DNA of 53,547 bases, from contig NC_057751.1 in NCBI RefSeq assembly GCF_004010195.1, positions 16,339,108 to 16,392,654 on the forward strand, read 5' to 3'. The stretch comes from Chiloscyllium plagiosum. Lineage: Eukaryota. The position numbers and the translations under genes are program-made. Under the pieces are notes generated by a model. That model was given only the letters and a program-made list of their open reading frames with translations, did no database searches and was not told where the DNA came from. Shown piece by piece: positions 1 to 10,175 of this stretch. Positions within the stretch are counted from its first letter, which is position 1, and each line of letters begins with the position of its first letter.

Positions 1-172
1 GCCGCAACATGACCTCCCAACTCCTGTACTCAATACTCTGACCAATAAAGGAAAGCATACCAAACGCCTTCTTCACTATCCTATCTACCTGCGACTCCAC
101 TTTCAAGGAGCTATGAACCTGCACTCCAAGGTCTCTTTGTTCAGCAACACTCCCAAGGACCTTACCATTAAG
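1..172 (-). mobile_element. CR1/HER1-like LINE RT fragment
   Basis: Same sequence as the CR1 copies at 20298-20500 and the reverse complement of 4330-4500. Confidence 0.9.
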
Positions 173-179
173 CAAGCAA

Positions 180-675
180 GGTTCTGCTGTTGTTCGAAGA
201 CATGGATTGTGGCGGGGCTGGGTGGGGTGAGCTAATGAATGTTTCTGGGGAACTGCATGAACCGCACATTCTGAGCAGCAACGGCCAGTTCTTTCATAAC
301 GCGCTGGTCGCGTTCTTAAGCGACCCCCGCGCTGTACAGACACCGTGCAGTTAAAAAAAAAACATTTCGGGTGTTGGCAACGTGGTCGTGTCACACACCT
401 CGAGTCCTGCTAAGATTTGCTTTCCCAAAATGCAGCACCTCGTATCTATCTGAATTAAACTCAAGGTGTGCGACGCGATCACGCTGCCAACACCCGAAAT
501 GCTCGGTTTTGTTTTTGACTGCACAGTTTCTGTACAGCGCGGGGGTCGCTTAAGAACGCGACCAGCGCGTTATGAAAGAACCGGCCGTTGCTGCTCCGAA
601 CGTGGGATTCATGCAGTTCCCCAGAAACGTTCACCAGCGCTTCCGGAATACATGCCTTCGAACAGCAGCAGAACC
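180..675. repeat. Inverted repeat (arms 180-405 and 459-675) around a CR1 fragment
   Basis: The arms are reverse complements, with 288-340 and 529-581 identical over 53 bp. The spacer 406-458 continues the CR1 sequence of 1-172. Confidence 0.9.
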
Positions 676-782
676 GTGCCGCTGCCAGGCGTTGTGATAC
701 GGCTTTGCTCGTCTGAACTGGGAGAGCGGGGTCTGGGAGGGGATGCGGGCGGGGAGGGTTGGAGAATGGGACAGCAACTCAC

Positions 783-885
783 TGTATCGTTTGGATCCAT
801 CTTCCAGGCAGCAAACCACTGTTAAGACTGCGTCGTCCTCAAAGAACTCCGTGGCGAAAGCATCCCACCAAAGATTGTCGCATTC
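783..885 (-). CDS. Internal exon of an LDB1/LDB2-family (LIM domain-binding/Chip) gene, dimerisation-domain region
   Basis: Minus strand: acceptor ttttttcttctccAG, 103-nt exon, donor A|GTGAGT. Translates ECDNLWWDAFATEFFEDDAVLTVVCCLEDGSKRY(T), matching recalled LDB1 ECDNLWWDAFTTEFFEDDAMLTITFCLEDGPKRYT and LDB2 DSDNLWWDAFATEFFEDDATLTLSFCLEDGPKRYT. Confidence 0.93.
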
Positions 886-938
886 CTGGAGAAGAAAAAA
901 TAAAAATCACGGCCGCGGTGAGTCAAGATACAACCTCA

Positions 939-1074
939 CATTCCTGATGGAGGGCTTTTGCCCGAAACGCCGACTCTCCTGCTCCTCGGATGCTGCCTGA
1001 CCTGCTGTGCTTTCCCAGCACCGCCCACTCTAATCTTGACTCTAATCGCCAGCGTCTGCAGTATTCCCCACTTC
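939..1074 (+). mobile_element. Penelope-like element terminal fragment with degenerate hammerhead (CTGATGG...GGGC TTTT GCCC GAAACGCC)
   Basis: Same family as 9958-10175, 10211-10434, 27165-27257 and 53275-53488. Confidence 0.75.
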
Positions 1075-1699
1075 GGCCGAAACATACAACTGCTAACCCC
1101 AGAGGAAGGCAATGACAACTGAAGTCCATCTATATCTGAAGTTGGGGGGAGGTGGGGGGAACAAAACCTTGAGGGGCAGGGATGACCACAGTCCATTTCG
1201 GCTCACGTTTCCATTACAGGCACACGCCCCTGGGTCGGAATCAAGTTCGGGCAGGCTTCAGGTTCAGGGTGGGGAGGAGATTGACCACAACGGGTCCGGT
1301 GAGGCAGGATTTCAGGGAGAGGCGAAGAGCAGATCTGCTGGCGGTTTGGATAAGGCGAGAGGGAGGGGCAGGGACAACGGGAACGCGGACGGACAGCGAG
1401 CCGCCTCCCAAGGGCTGAGGAAGGGACAAAGGATTTCAAAGGGAAAATCGGACCAGCGCCTGCGAGGCTGCTGGGAGGGAGTGGGACCGACTGGACCGGT
1501 GCACAGAGAGCCGGCCTGGTCCGTCCTCGATGGGCCGAGTGGCCTCTGACAGTGCTGTCAGTGCCTCTGCAGCTCTCGCACACGCTCTTCAGGCACAGGG
1601 GAGCCGTGAACAGGGAAGAAAACAATTCCAGACTCTCGGCTCCCGCGCTGACTCTTGAGCAGCTCGCCTCCCTCAGCTTAGAGCGATCGGACATTGTGG

Positions 1700-1950
1700 A
1701 AACAGTCCATCGGGTCCGCACTGACCCAGCGAAGAGCATCCCACGCAAACCCCACCTCCCTCCCCCCGTATTCCCCACGGCTAACCCACCCAGCCTGCCC
1801 ACGAGGGAATTCAGCACAGCCAACCCACCCTAACCTGCACAGCTTCTCCAGACCTTGGGAGGAAACCCACGCAGACACCGGGGGGGGAGAACGTGCAAAA
1901 TCCACACAGACAGAGGCCCTGATGGTGGAATCAAACCCGGGTCCCTGGGT
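1700..1950 (-). mobile_element. HE1/V-SINE-like tRNA-derived SINE (degenerate)
   Basis: Contains ccaccctaacctgcac...ggaggaaacccacgcagac...gtgcaaaatccacacagac, shared with the other SINE copies. Confidence 0.8.
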
Positions 1951-3042
1951 TCTCCCGCTGCCTTCTTATTCTCTGTCTCTCGTTCTCTCCCTCCCACTGT
2001 ATTCTCTTTCATTCTGTCTCTCACTCTCTCTCTCTCTGGGTTCTCNNNNNNNNNNNNNNNNNNNNNNNNNNNNNNNNNNNNNNNNNNNNNNNNNNNNNNN
2101 NNNNNNNNNNNNNNNNNNNNNNNNNNNNNNNNNNNNNNNNNNNNNNNNNNNNNNNNNNNNNNNNNNNNNNNNNNNNNNNNNNNNNNNNNNNNNNNNNNNN
2201 NNNNNNNNNNNNNNNNNNNNNNNNNNNNNNNNNNNNNNNNNNNNNNNNNNNNNNNNNNNNNNNNNNNNNNNNNNNNNNNNNNNNNNNNNNNNNNNNNNNN
2301 NNNNNNNNNNNNNNNNNNNNNNNNNNNNNNNNNNNNNNNNNNNNNNNNNNNNNNNNNNNNNNNNNNNNNNNNNNNNNNNNNNNNNNNNNNNNNNNNNNNN
2401 NNNNNNNNNNNNNNNNNNNNNNNNNNNNNNNNNNNNNNNNNNNNNNNNNNNNNNNNNNNNNNNNNNNNNNNNNNNNNNNNNNNNNNNNNNNNNNNNNNNN
2501 NNNNNNNNNNNNNNNNNNNNNNNNNNNNNNNNNNNNNNNNNNNNNNNNNNNNNNNNNNNNNNNNNNNNNNNNNNNNNNNNNNNNNNNNNNNNNNNNNNNN
2601 NNNNNNNNNNNNNNNNNNNNNNNNNNNNNNNNNNNNNNNNNNNNNNNNNNNNNNNNNNNNNNNNNNNNNNNNNNNNNNNNNNNNNNNNNNNNNNNNNNNN
2701 NNNNNNNNNNNNNNNNNNNNNNNNNNNNNNNNNNNNNNNNNNNNNNNNNNNNNNNNNNNNNNNNNNNNNNNNNNNNNNNNNNNNNNNNNNNNNNNNNNNN
2801 NNNNNNNNNNNNNNNNNNNNNNNNNNNNNNNNNNNNNNNNNNNNNNNNNNNNNNNNNNNNNNNNNNNNNNNNNNNNNNNNNNNNNNNNNNNNNNNNNNNN
2901 NNNNNNNNNNNNNNNNNNNNNNNNNNNNNNNNNNNNNNNNNNNNNNNNNNNNNNNNNNNNNNNNNNNNNNNNNNNNNNNNNNNNNNNNNNNNNNNNNNNN
3001 NNNNNNNNNNNNNNNNNNNNNNNNNNNNNNNNNNNNNNNNNN

Positions 3043-3575
3043 GACATTGGTTAGGCCACTGTTGGAATATTGCGTGCAATTCTGGTCTCCTTCCTATCGG
3101 AAAGATGTTGTGAAACTTGAAAGGGTTCAGAAAAGATTTACAAGGATGTTTCCAGGGTTGGAGGGTTTGAGCTACAGGGAGAGGCTGAGCAGGCTGGGGC
3201 TGTTTTCCCTGGAGCATCGGAGGCTGAGGGGTGACCTTTTCGAGGTTTACAAAATTATGAGGGGCATGGATAGGACAAAGAGTCAAAGTCTCTTCCCTGA
3301 GGTGGAGGAGCCCAGAACGAGAGGGCATAGGTTTAGGGTGAGAGGGGAAAGATATAAAAGAGACCTAAGGACGTGTATGGAATGAGCTGCCAGAGGATGT
3401 GGTGGAGGCTGGTACAATTGCAACATTTAAGATGGAATTGGGATGGGTATATGAATAGGAAGGGTTTGGAGGGATATGGGCCGGATGCTGGCAGGTGGGA
3501 CTAAATTGGGTTGGGATATCTGGGTCAGCATGGACAGGTTGGACCGAAGGGTCTGTTTCCATCCTGTACATCTCT
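3043..3575 (+). mobile_element. CR1/HER1-like LINE 3' end
   Basis: TLVRPLLEYCVQFWSPSYRKDVVKLERVQKRFTRM...RLRGDL, a typical CR1 ORF2 C-terminus, followed by the family 3' UTR. Confidence 0.93.
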
Positions 3576-4107
3576 GTGACTAAGAAAAGGGCCAAATCAC
3601 CACCGAAACGATGACGTTTCTCTCAGGATTGTCAACCATTTGCTCTGAACTGTACAGTACTCAAAACACCGGCAAGAGATGACAGGACTTTTTATTTTGG
3701 ATTCCAAAACAAAAGTCACGGGGAGGGGTGTGGGGGAACAGTCTCTTTTCAAAGGCAACACGAATCTCGACAAGCCAGAACCAAAATAGTCCTTACCCGA
3801 TAGCGGGCTCCGGGTACGCAGGAGGGTAAGACAGAGTCGGACTACAAATGGAGACAAAAAAAACACAGCGATGTTAATGTCGGCCGTGTTCGCCAGCGCT
3901 CTTTTGTACGCTGTTAGAGCATCCCCTGAACGACGCAGTCCTGCTGTTGAGCAGCTATCTTCACCGTGGAGGTGCCCAGGACACACGTGAGAGACGGTCA
4001 CGTGGCGGGAACGGTCCCGGGCTCGTAAACCAGACGCTTGCACGAACCCTGGTTCAAATCTCACCACAGCCACTGGTCGAGTTTAAAGTCAATGACATCG
4101 TTGTTGA

Positions 4108-4730
4108 TAGAAATGATTTGGATGAGAGCAGAAGCGGTATAGTTACTAAGTTGGCAGATGACACCAGAATCGGGAGTGTTGTGGACAGCGAAGAGGGTTA
4201 CCTCAGATTACAACAGGATCTGGACCAGATGGGCCAATGGGCTGAGAAGTGGCAGATGGAGTTTAATTCAGATAAATGTGAGGTGCTGCATTTTGGGAAA
4301 ACAAATCTTAGCAGGACTTACACACTTAATGGTAAGGTCCTAGGGAGGGTTGCTGAACAAAGAGACCTTGGAGGGCAGGTTCATAGCTCCTTGAAAGTGG
4401 AGTCGCAGGTAGATAGGATAGTGAAGAAGGCATTTGGTATGCTTTCCTTTATTGGTCAGAGTATTGAGTACAGGAGTTGGGAGGTCATGATGCGGCTGTA
4501 CAGGACATGGGTTAGGCCACTGTTGGAATATTGCGTGCAGTTCTGGTCTCCCTGCTATTGGAAGGACGTTGTGTAACTGGAAAGGGTTCAGAAAAGATTT
4601 ACAAGGATGTTGCCAGAGTTGGAGGGTTTGAGCGACAGTGAGAAGCTGATTAGGCTGGGGCTGTTTTTCCTGGAGCGTGAAGGGATGACCGTATCGGGGT
4701 TTATAAAATCATGAGGGACATGGATAGGGT
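4108..4730 (+). mobile_element. CR1/HER1-like LINE RT fragment
   Basis: KLADDTRIG...LQQDLDQMGQWAEKWQMEFNSDKCEVLHFG...LEYCVQFWSP. Confidence 0.93.
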
Positions 4731-4757
4731 GCAGCTTTTCACCAATTAAGTACGTAC

Positions 4758-4861
4758 CCAAGGTCCCGGTCCAGCATGGCTCCCGGGGTCTCAGCAACAC
4801 ACCTCAGCTGAGAGCGAGAGCTCAGCAAGGGTTCACACTCCCAAGACCGTGACTTGATAAC
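4758..4861 (-). CDS. 5' exon of the LDB-family gene carrying the MLDRD(L/V)G start (ATG at 4777-4775)
   Basis: Acceptor ctctgtctctttgttgttgcAG; the exon ends ...PGAMLDRDLG with donor GG|GTACGT (phase 2). Matches recalled LDB1 ...PGTMLDRDVG at the same exon boundary. Sequence upstream of the ATG may be UTR. Confidence 0.8.
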
Positions 4862-6619
4862 CTGCAACAACAAAGAGACAGAGGACGTTAGGCCAGCTGC
4901 AGTAATGAACGCACCCCCTCCCCAGCCGCGATTCAAAACAGACTGATCAAATTGGGCAGGTCAGGAGGAGGCCACTCCACCCAACCAGTCTGTACCAGCT
5001 CCGAAAACAGCTACCCTCGCTGGTCCCTGTCTCAAGTTCCACCCCCAGAGCCCTCGAAATACAACCCATTCAAAGATAGATCCAGTTCGCTCTGACTCAC
5101 TCTCTCCCTCAGGATTCTCTCTGTCTGTCTTTCTCTCTCGCTCTGGGTTCTCTCTCTCTCTCTTCCACCCACTCTGCGTTCTCTCTCATTCATTCTCTCT
5201 CTCTCCCACCCTCTGGCTTCACTCATTCTCACTCTCCCTCTGGGTTCTCTNNNNNNNNNNNNNNNNNNNNNNNNNNNNNNNNNNNNNNNNNNNNNNNNNN
5301 NNNNNNNNNNNNNNNNNNNNNNNNNNNNNNNNNNNNNNNNNNNNNNNNNNNNNNNNNNNNNNNNNNNNNNNNNNNNNNNNNNNNNNNNNNNNNNNNNNNN
5401 NNNNNNNNNNNNNNNNNNNNNNNNNNNNNNNNNNNNNNNNNNNNNNNNNNNNNNNNNNNNNNNNNNNNNNNNNNNNNNNNNNNNNNNNNNNNNNNNNNNN
5501 NNNNNNNNNNNNNNNNNNNNNNNNNNNNNNNNNNNNNNNNNNNNNNNNNNNNNNNNNNNNNNNNNNNNNNNNNNNNNNNNNNNNNNNNNNNNNNNNNNNN
5601 NNNNNNNNNNNNNNNNNNNNNNNNNNNNNNNNNNNNNNNNNNNNNNNNNNNNNNNNNNNNNNNNNNNNNNNNNNNNNNNNNNNNNNNNNNNNNNNNNNNN
5701 NNNNNNNNNNNNNNNNNNNNNNNNNNNNNNNNNNNNNNNNNNNNNNNNNNCGAACGTGTTGTTCTATTCGGTCGATGGCTGCTCAAGGACACATAGCTGG
5801 ATCGGCCTCTCTGTCTCGGAGGCCATTTCCCAAGGAGAAAACAAATCAGTCTTGGGCAATCCCAACCGTCCAGTACGGTGTGCGCGCGCGCTCGCATCTG
5901 TGTCGAGTGAGATGGGGAGAGAGCGCGATCAAGAGCAGGGTATTATGAAATAGTGAACTGGAAGGCAGGAAGCTAGGATTTATTTATAAAAAAGAACGAC
6001 AGAGCGTGTGGGACTTTCAAGAGACAAAGTGCTTTCCTAAGCTTTGAGATTTACATAAAGAAATGTGTCTGTGGGTGGATGTACACAGTTCTGAAATTGA
6101 AACATGGCTGCATGACTGGACACCTTCAGCTTGTTTCGATGTTTTAGCAACCAGCTTGAATCAGCCAATTAATTCACTTAAAGATTGAAAACCAATTGAA
6201 TTTAAATCTGATGGCTTTGACAACGTCGGACCAACGCTAAATGTACAAAAATTGATATGTCATTCAAGGTATAGACGGAGAGAGTTTTTGAAAGTCGGGG
6301 TGAGCGCGAACTGGGACCTGGGAAATAAGCACCGAGCCCTCACAAGAAATCTCTGTGCTCTATAAGGGAGTACTATCTGCCTGTTAAAGGTACCACGGCA
6401 CTACTCGCTAAGAGGCCTCATGGAAGAACTCACAGAGAAAACAGCCCTGACAGCAGGATTTGCAGGAGACAGACATTTAGGCCAGGAGAGACAGTAGAGA
6501 AGACACATTCCGTATAGACTTCGAGAGAGAAAGCTTTAATGTATTTTTTCTTATTAGTTAGGTTTACTGTATATAAGTGAGACTTGTATTTATTGGAATA
6601 CTGGGCGAGAGGGGGCGTG

Positions 6620-6757
6620 CGCGAGAGAGAGACAGACACAGACAGACAGAGTGCGAGAGACAGACACAGACAGACAGAGTGCGAGAGACAGAGTGCGAGA
6701 GACAGAGTGCGAGAGACAGAGTGCGAGAGACAGAGTGCGAGAGACAGAGACAGAGAG
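6620..6757. repeat. GA-rich minisatellite, 14-bp unit gagagacagagtgc
   Basis: Tandem gagagacagagtgc units mixed with gacagaca variants. Confidence 0.9.
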
Positions 6758-7316
6758 CTCGCACGATGGAGGAAGAATGTATTCCACTTTTAATTATGCT
6801 GTTTCCTGATTTCCCTCTGAAGTGGCCTGGTTCTGAGTTTAATAACCCATTTTCTCCCCCCCTCTCTCTCTCAGATCCTCTACCCGGCTTCACATTTTCA
6901 ATGTCTCAGATGGATCACCCTTATTGCTGCTTGTTCAGCACCCAGCAACCCCCCCCCCCCCCCNNNNNNNNNNNNNNNNNNNNNNNNNNNNNNNNNNNNN
7001 NNNNNNNNNNNNAAGAAAAAGGCGAGATGTGAACATTATTTCCAACAGCCATTCCTCCCTCAACATCTCACTGCCAGGTCAGCATTTTCCTTCAATGATC
7101 GCTTCAAATTTCTTCTGCTCTGCTTGTTTTAGGGAAGGCGAGAAGCAGATTTGAGGCTGGAGATACAGATATTTAACCAGGGAGAAGAAATCAAGGGTCA
7201 CGGGGGCGAGCGCAGCGAGAGGATGATCAGATTGGTTAGAGTAGAGCTGACACGACGGGCTGAATGGCCTACTGCTGCTTTTCCCGCCTCGATTGTACTG
7301 CCCTGTGGGCACTCAC

Positions 7317-7789
7317 CGCTGCAGCTCCTCGTCCTGAATCCTCTCGTTGTCCCACATGAAGGCGGCAGCAAAGGCAGCCACCAGCTTGCCGCCAGTGCCC
7401 CGGTTCCGGCTGTGGAATCGCCTCCACAGGCTGGTGATCAGGCCCCGGCGGGACCGCTCCGAGTACAGGTTGCTGTACAGCTGCCCGATCTGCTGTGCCC
7501 TCCGCAGCCTCTGCCCGGTCACGTAGCTGCACTGACTGGCGAGAATCGACACCAGCTTCTGGCGGGCCACACCCCTCGAGCCGCCGCCGCGATCCCTCAG
7601 CCAGCCCAGTGCCCACCGCTGGACGTCACCCGCCCACTTCCTCCAGGCCTCCGGCTCAACTACCTTGCGCCAACCCCCGGGCTGGCTCGAGAAGCAGGCC
7701 GAGCGCAGCCACTGCGAGTAGGACTCGCCGAGCGGCGGCTTCGAACGGGCTGAGGGCAGGAGTACGGCTGGCCTCCTCACGGTCAACAT
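7317..7789 (-). CDS. STARD7: STARD7 first coding exon (mitochondrial-targeted N-terminus of the StAR-related lipid transfer protein 7)
   Basis: gccATG at 7789. The peptide ...ILASQCSYVTGQRLRRAQQIGQLYSNLYSERSRRGLITSLWRRFH...AAFAAAFMWDNERIQDEELQR matches recalled STARD7 (LLANQCRFVTGLRVRRAQQIAQLYGRLYSE...VWDEERIQEEELQR). Donor CG|GTGAGT at 7317/7316. An acceptor ttttgtccgcAG at 7817 implies an upstream UTR exon. Confidence 0.93.
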
Positions 7790-8171
7790 GGCACACGCAG
7801 CGGGGCCAACCTTCAGCTGCGGACAAAACAGGAGAGTGACAGCAGTCAGCAAGAGCGCTGGAGACACAACGCCCCAGCCGGGGCGAGTCGCAAACGCTGC
7901 CCACGGCAGCTATTTTATCTTTGCAACAACCCGCAGGTGGGTCGAGCCCTTTTAATGGCGTAATGGGGACATTCCCTTTGCAAACTGTTGCCAGGGTTCT
8001 CCTGCACACAGGCCCTAGCCTTTCTGTGCCCTGCTCCCAATGCTCCTCTAATTATCCCCCTCCTACCCTAATGCCTCTCTCTTGCTGTTTCAACCCTTCT
8101 TTAGCAATTCCCTCTCTTTTGGCTCTCTCAATGCCCCTGTCCCCTCCCTCGCCCACTAAACCCTTCTTTAC

Positions 8172-8450
8172 CAATTCTCCCCCTTTGGCTGGCTGAATGT
8201 CCCTCTCTCCCTCCCTTCCTCCTTGCCTCCTGTCAATCACCGCACCCACGTGGTGCATCCTCGCGCACCTCGATCTGATTGGCCCGCTCTGCAGAGGGCC
8301 CTGCCGCTATTGGTCGAGGGCCCTCCCCGTCAATCAGCGTCAGGCTCCCCCCCCCCCCGTCAATCAGCGTCAGGCTCCGCCCCCTCCCCCACCACGGTGT
8401 GGGGACCCAGCAAGTGACCCTGCACCGCCGACCCGGAACGAGCTGGGGCT
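8172..8450 (-). promoter_or_regulatory. Probable STARD7 promoter and short non-coding exon 1
   Basis: CCAAT-type boxes (ctgattgg ~8275, ctattgg ~8307), a duplicated gtcaatcagcgtcaggctcc (8329, 8359), a GC box ccgccc (~8377) and CpG richness. Candidate minus-strand donor TTG|GTAAAG at 8172/8171. Confidence 0.55.
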
Positions 8451-8634
8451 GATAACATCCTCCCCCACCATCACAACTGATATCCGTATAACACGTGGCT
8501 GGGTGGCCGGGGAAAGCGAAGAGAAGGAAAGCGGTTACTGACCGCCAGGAGAAGCGCGAGAGGCACGGGTCATACCTCCAGCGGAAATGAGGAGCCCCGG
8601 AACCTGAATATCCGATAACCAGCTGGGAGGAGAC

Positions 8635-9725
8635 GGGGCAATGTGAGCATGCTCAGTGTGTTGGAGAGGCGGGGCAATGTGAGCATGCTCAGTGTGTTGG
8701 GGAGGCGGGGCAATGCGAGCATGCTCAGTGTTGGGGAGGCGGGGCAATGTGAGCATGCTCAGTGTTGGGGAGTCGGGGCAATGTGAGCATGCTCCAAGTG
8801 CAGGGAGGAAATGGGGCAATGTGAGCATGCTCAGTGTGTTGGGGAGGCGGGGCAATGTGAGCATGCTCAGTGTGTTGGGGAGGCGGGGCAATGTGAGCAT
8901 GCTCAGTGTGTTGGGGAGGCGGGGCAATGTGAGCATGCTCAGTGTGTTGGGGAGGCGGGGCAATGTGAGCATGCTCAGTGTGTTGGGGAGGCGGGGCAAT
9001 GTGAGCATGCTCAGTGTGTTGGGGAGGCGGGGCAATGTGAGCATGCTCAGTGTGTTGGAGAGGCGGGGCAATGTGAGCATGCTCAGTGTGTTGGAGAGGC
9101 GGGGCAATGTGAGCATGCTCAGTGTGTTGGAGAGGCGGGGCAATGTGAGCATGCTCAGTGTGTTGGAGAGGCGGGGCAATGTGAGCATGCTCAGTGTGTT
9201 GGAGAGGCGGGGCAATGTGAGCATGCTCAGTGTGTTGGAGAGGCGGGGCAATGTGAGCATGCTCAGTGTGTTGGAGAGGCGGGGCAATGTGAGCATGCTC
9301 AGTGTGTTGGAGAGGCGGGGCAATGTGAGCATGCTCAGTGTGTTGGAGAGGCGGGGCAATGTGAGCATGCTCAGTGTTGGGGAGTCGGGGCAATGTGAGC
9401 ATGCTCCAAGTGCAGGGAGGAAATGGGGCAATGTGAGCATGCTCAGTGTTGGGGAGTCGGGGCAATGTGAGCATGCTCCAAGTGCAGGGAGGAAATGGGG
9501 CAATGTGAGCATGCTCAGTGTTGGGGAGTCGGGGCAATGTGAGCATGCTCCAAGTGCAGGGGCAATGTGAGCATGCTCACTGTGTTGGGGAAGATGGGGC
9601 AATGTCAGCATGGTCAGTGTGCAGGAGGAGATGGGACAATGTCAGCATGGTCAGGGTGTTGGGGAGATGGGGCAATGTGAGCATGCCCAGAACAGGATGG
9701 GGAGAAGGGGCAGTGAGCATGCTCA
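8635..9725. repeat. 30-bp minisatellite (about 35 units) with internal palindrome TGAGCATGCTCA
   Basis: Unit ggggcaatgtgagcatgctcagtgtgttgg(g/a)gaggc is directly visible, with interspersed longer variants (...ccaagtgcagggaggaaat...). It explains the periodic ORFs at 8535-9611. Confidence 0.97.
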
Positions 9726-9957
9726 AAGTGGAGGAAGATGGTTTGGTCGGGAGTACTTGAGAGATGTCAGATTGAAGTTGAAATATTAACTGTGCATAAA
9801 TATTGTGAGACCTGTTATAGAGATGTAAAGCACGGAAACAGACCCTTTAACCAGATAACCTAAAAAGTCGAGTCCCATTTGCCAGCTCTTGGCCCCTATC
9901 CCTCCACACCCTTCCTATTATTATACACAGCCAGATGCCTTTTAAATGCTGTAATTA

Positions 9958-10175
9958 GGGGAGAAAGTGAGGTCTGCAGATGCTGGAGATCAAAGTTGAA
10001 ACTTTATTGCTGGAACAGCACAGCAGGTCAGGCAGCATCCAGGGAACAGGAGATTCGACGTTTCGGGCACAGGCCCTTCTTCAGGAATGAAGAAGGGCCT
10101 GTGCCCGAAACGTCGAATCTCCTGTTCCCTGGATGCTGCCTGACCTGCTGTGCTGTTCCAGCAATAAAGTTTCAA
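9958..10175. mobile_element. Palindromic Penelope-type insertion with hammerhead ribozyme, 14-bp TSD
   Basis: Perfect 88-bp inverted repeat 9996-10083/10088-10175 with a ggaa loop. Direct repeat aaatgctgtaatta at 9944-9957 and 10174-10187. Confidence 0.85.
10052..10088 (-). ncRNA. Minimal type I hammerhead ribozyme, intact core
   Basis: Minus strand AUUC-CUGAAGA-A-GGGC-CUGU-GCCC-GAAA-C-GUC-GAAU: core CUGANGA, stem II GGGC/GCCC, GAAA, GUC cleavage triplet, stem I AUUC/GAAU and a palindromic ACGU mini stem III. Confidence 0.8.

Noticed and set aside
1205-1240. Plus-strand ttacAG followed by RHTPLG, resembling LDB1 RHTPYG
   Set aside because: Wrong strand relative to the other LDB exons, and the similarity does not continue.
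1694-3385. Long ORFs spanning N runs (also 5229-5897, 30234-30561, 33777-35219)
   Set aside because: Artifacts of translating assembly gaps.
7317-7789. In-frame STARD7-LDB fusion protein
   Set aside because: The phase-2 donor gives an early stop in exon 4861 and is out of frame with exon 885.
8535-9611. Long repetitive ORFs (358, 292, 273 and 195 aa) and a superficially CRISPR-like palindromic repeat
   Set aside because: These arise from a stop-free 30-bp minisatellite. There are no unique spacers, no cas genes, and the context is vertebrate.
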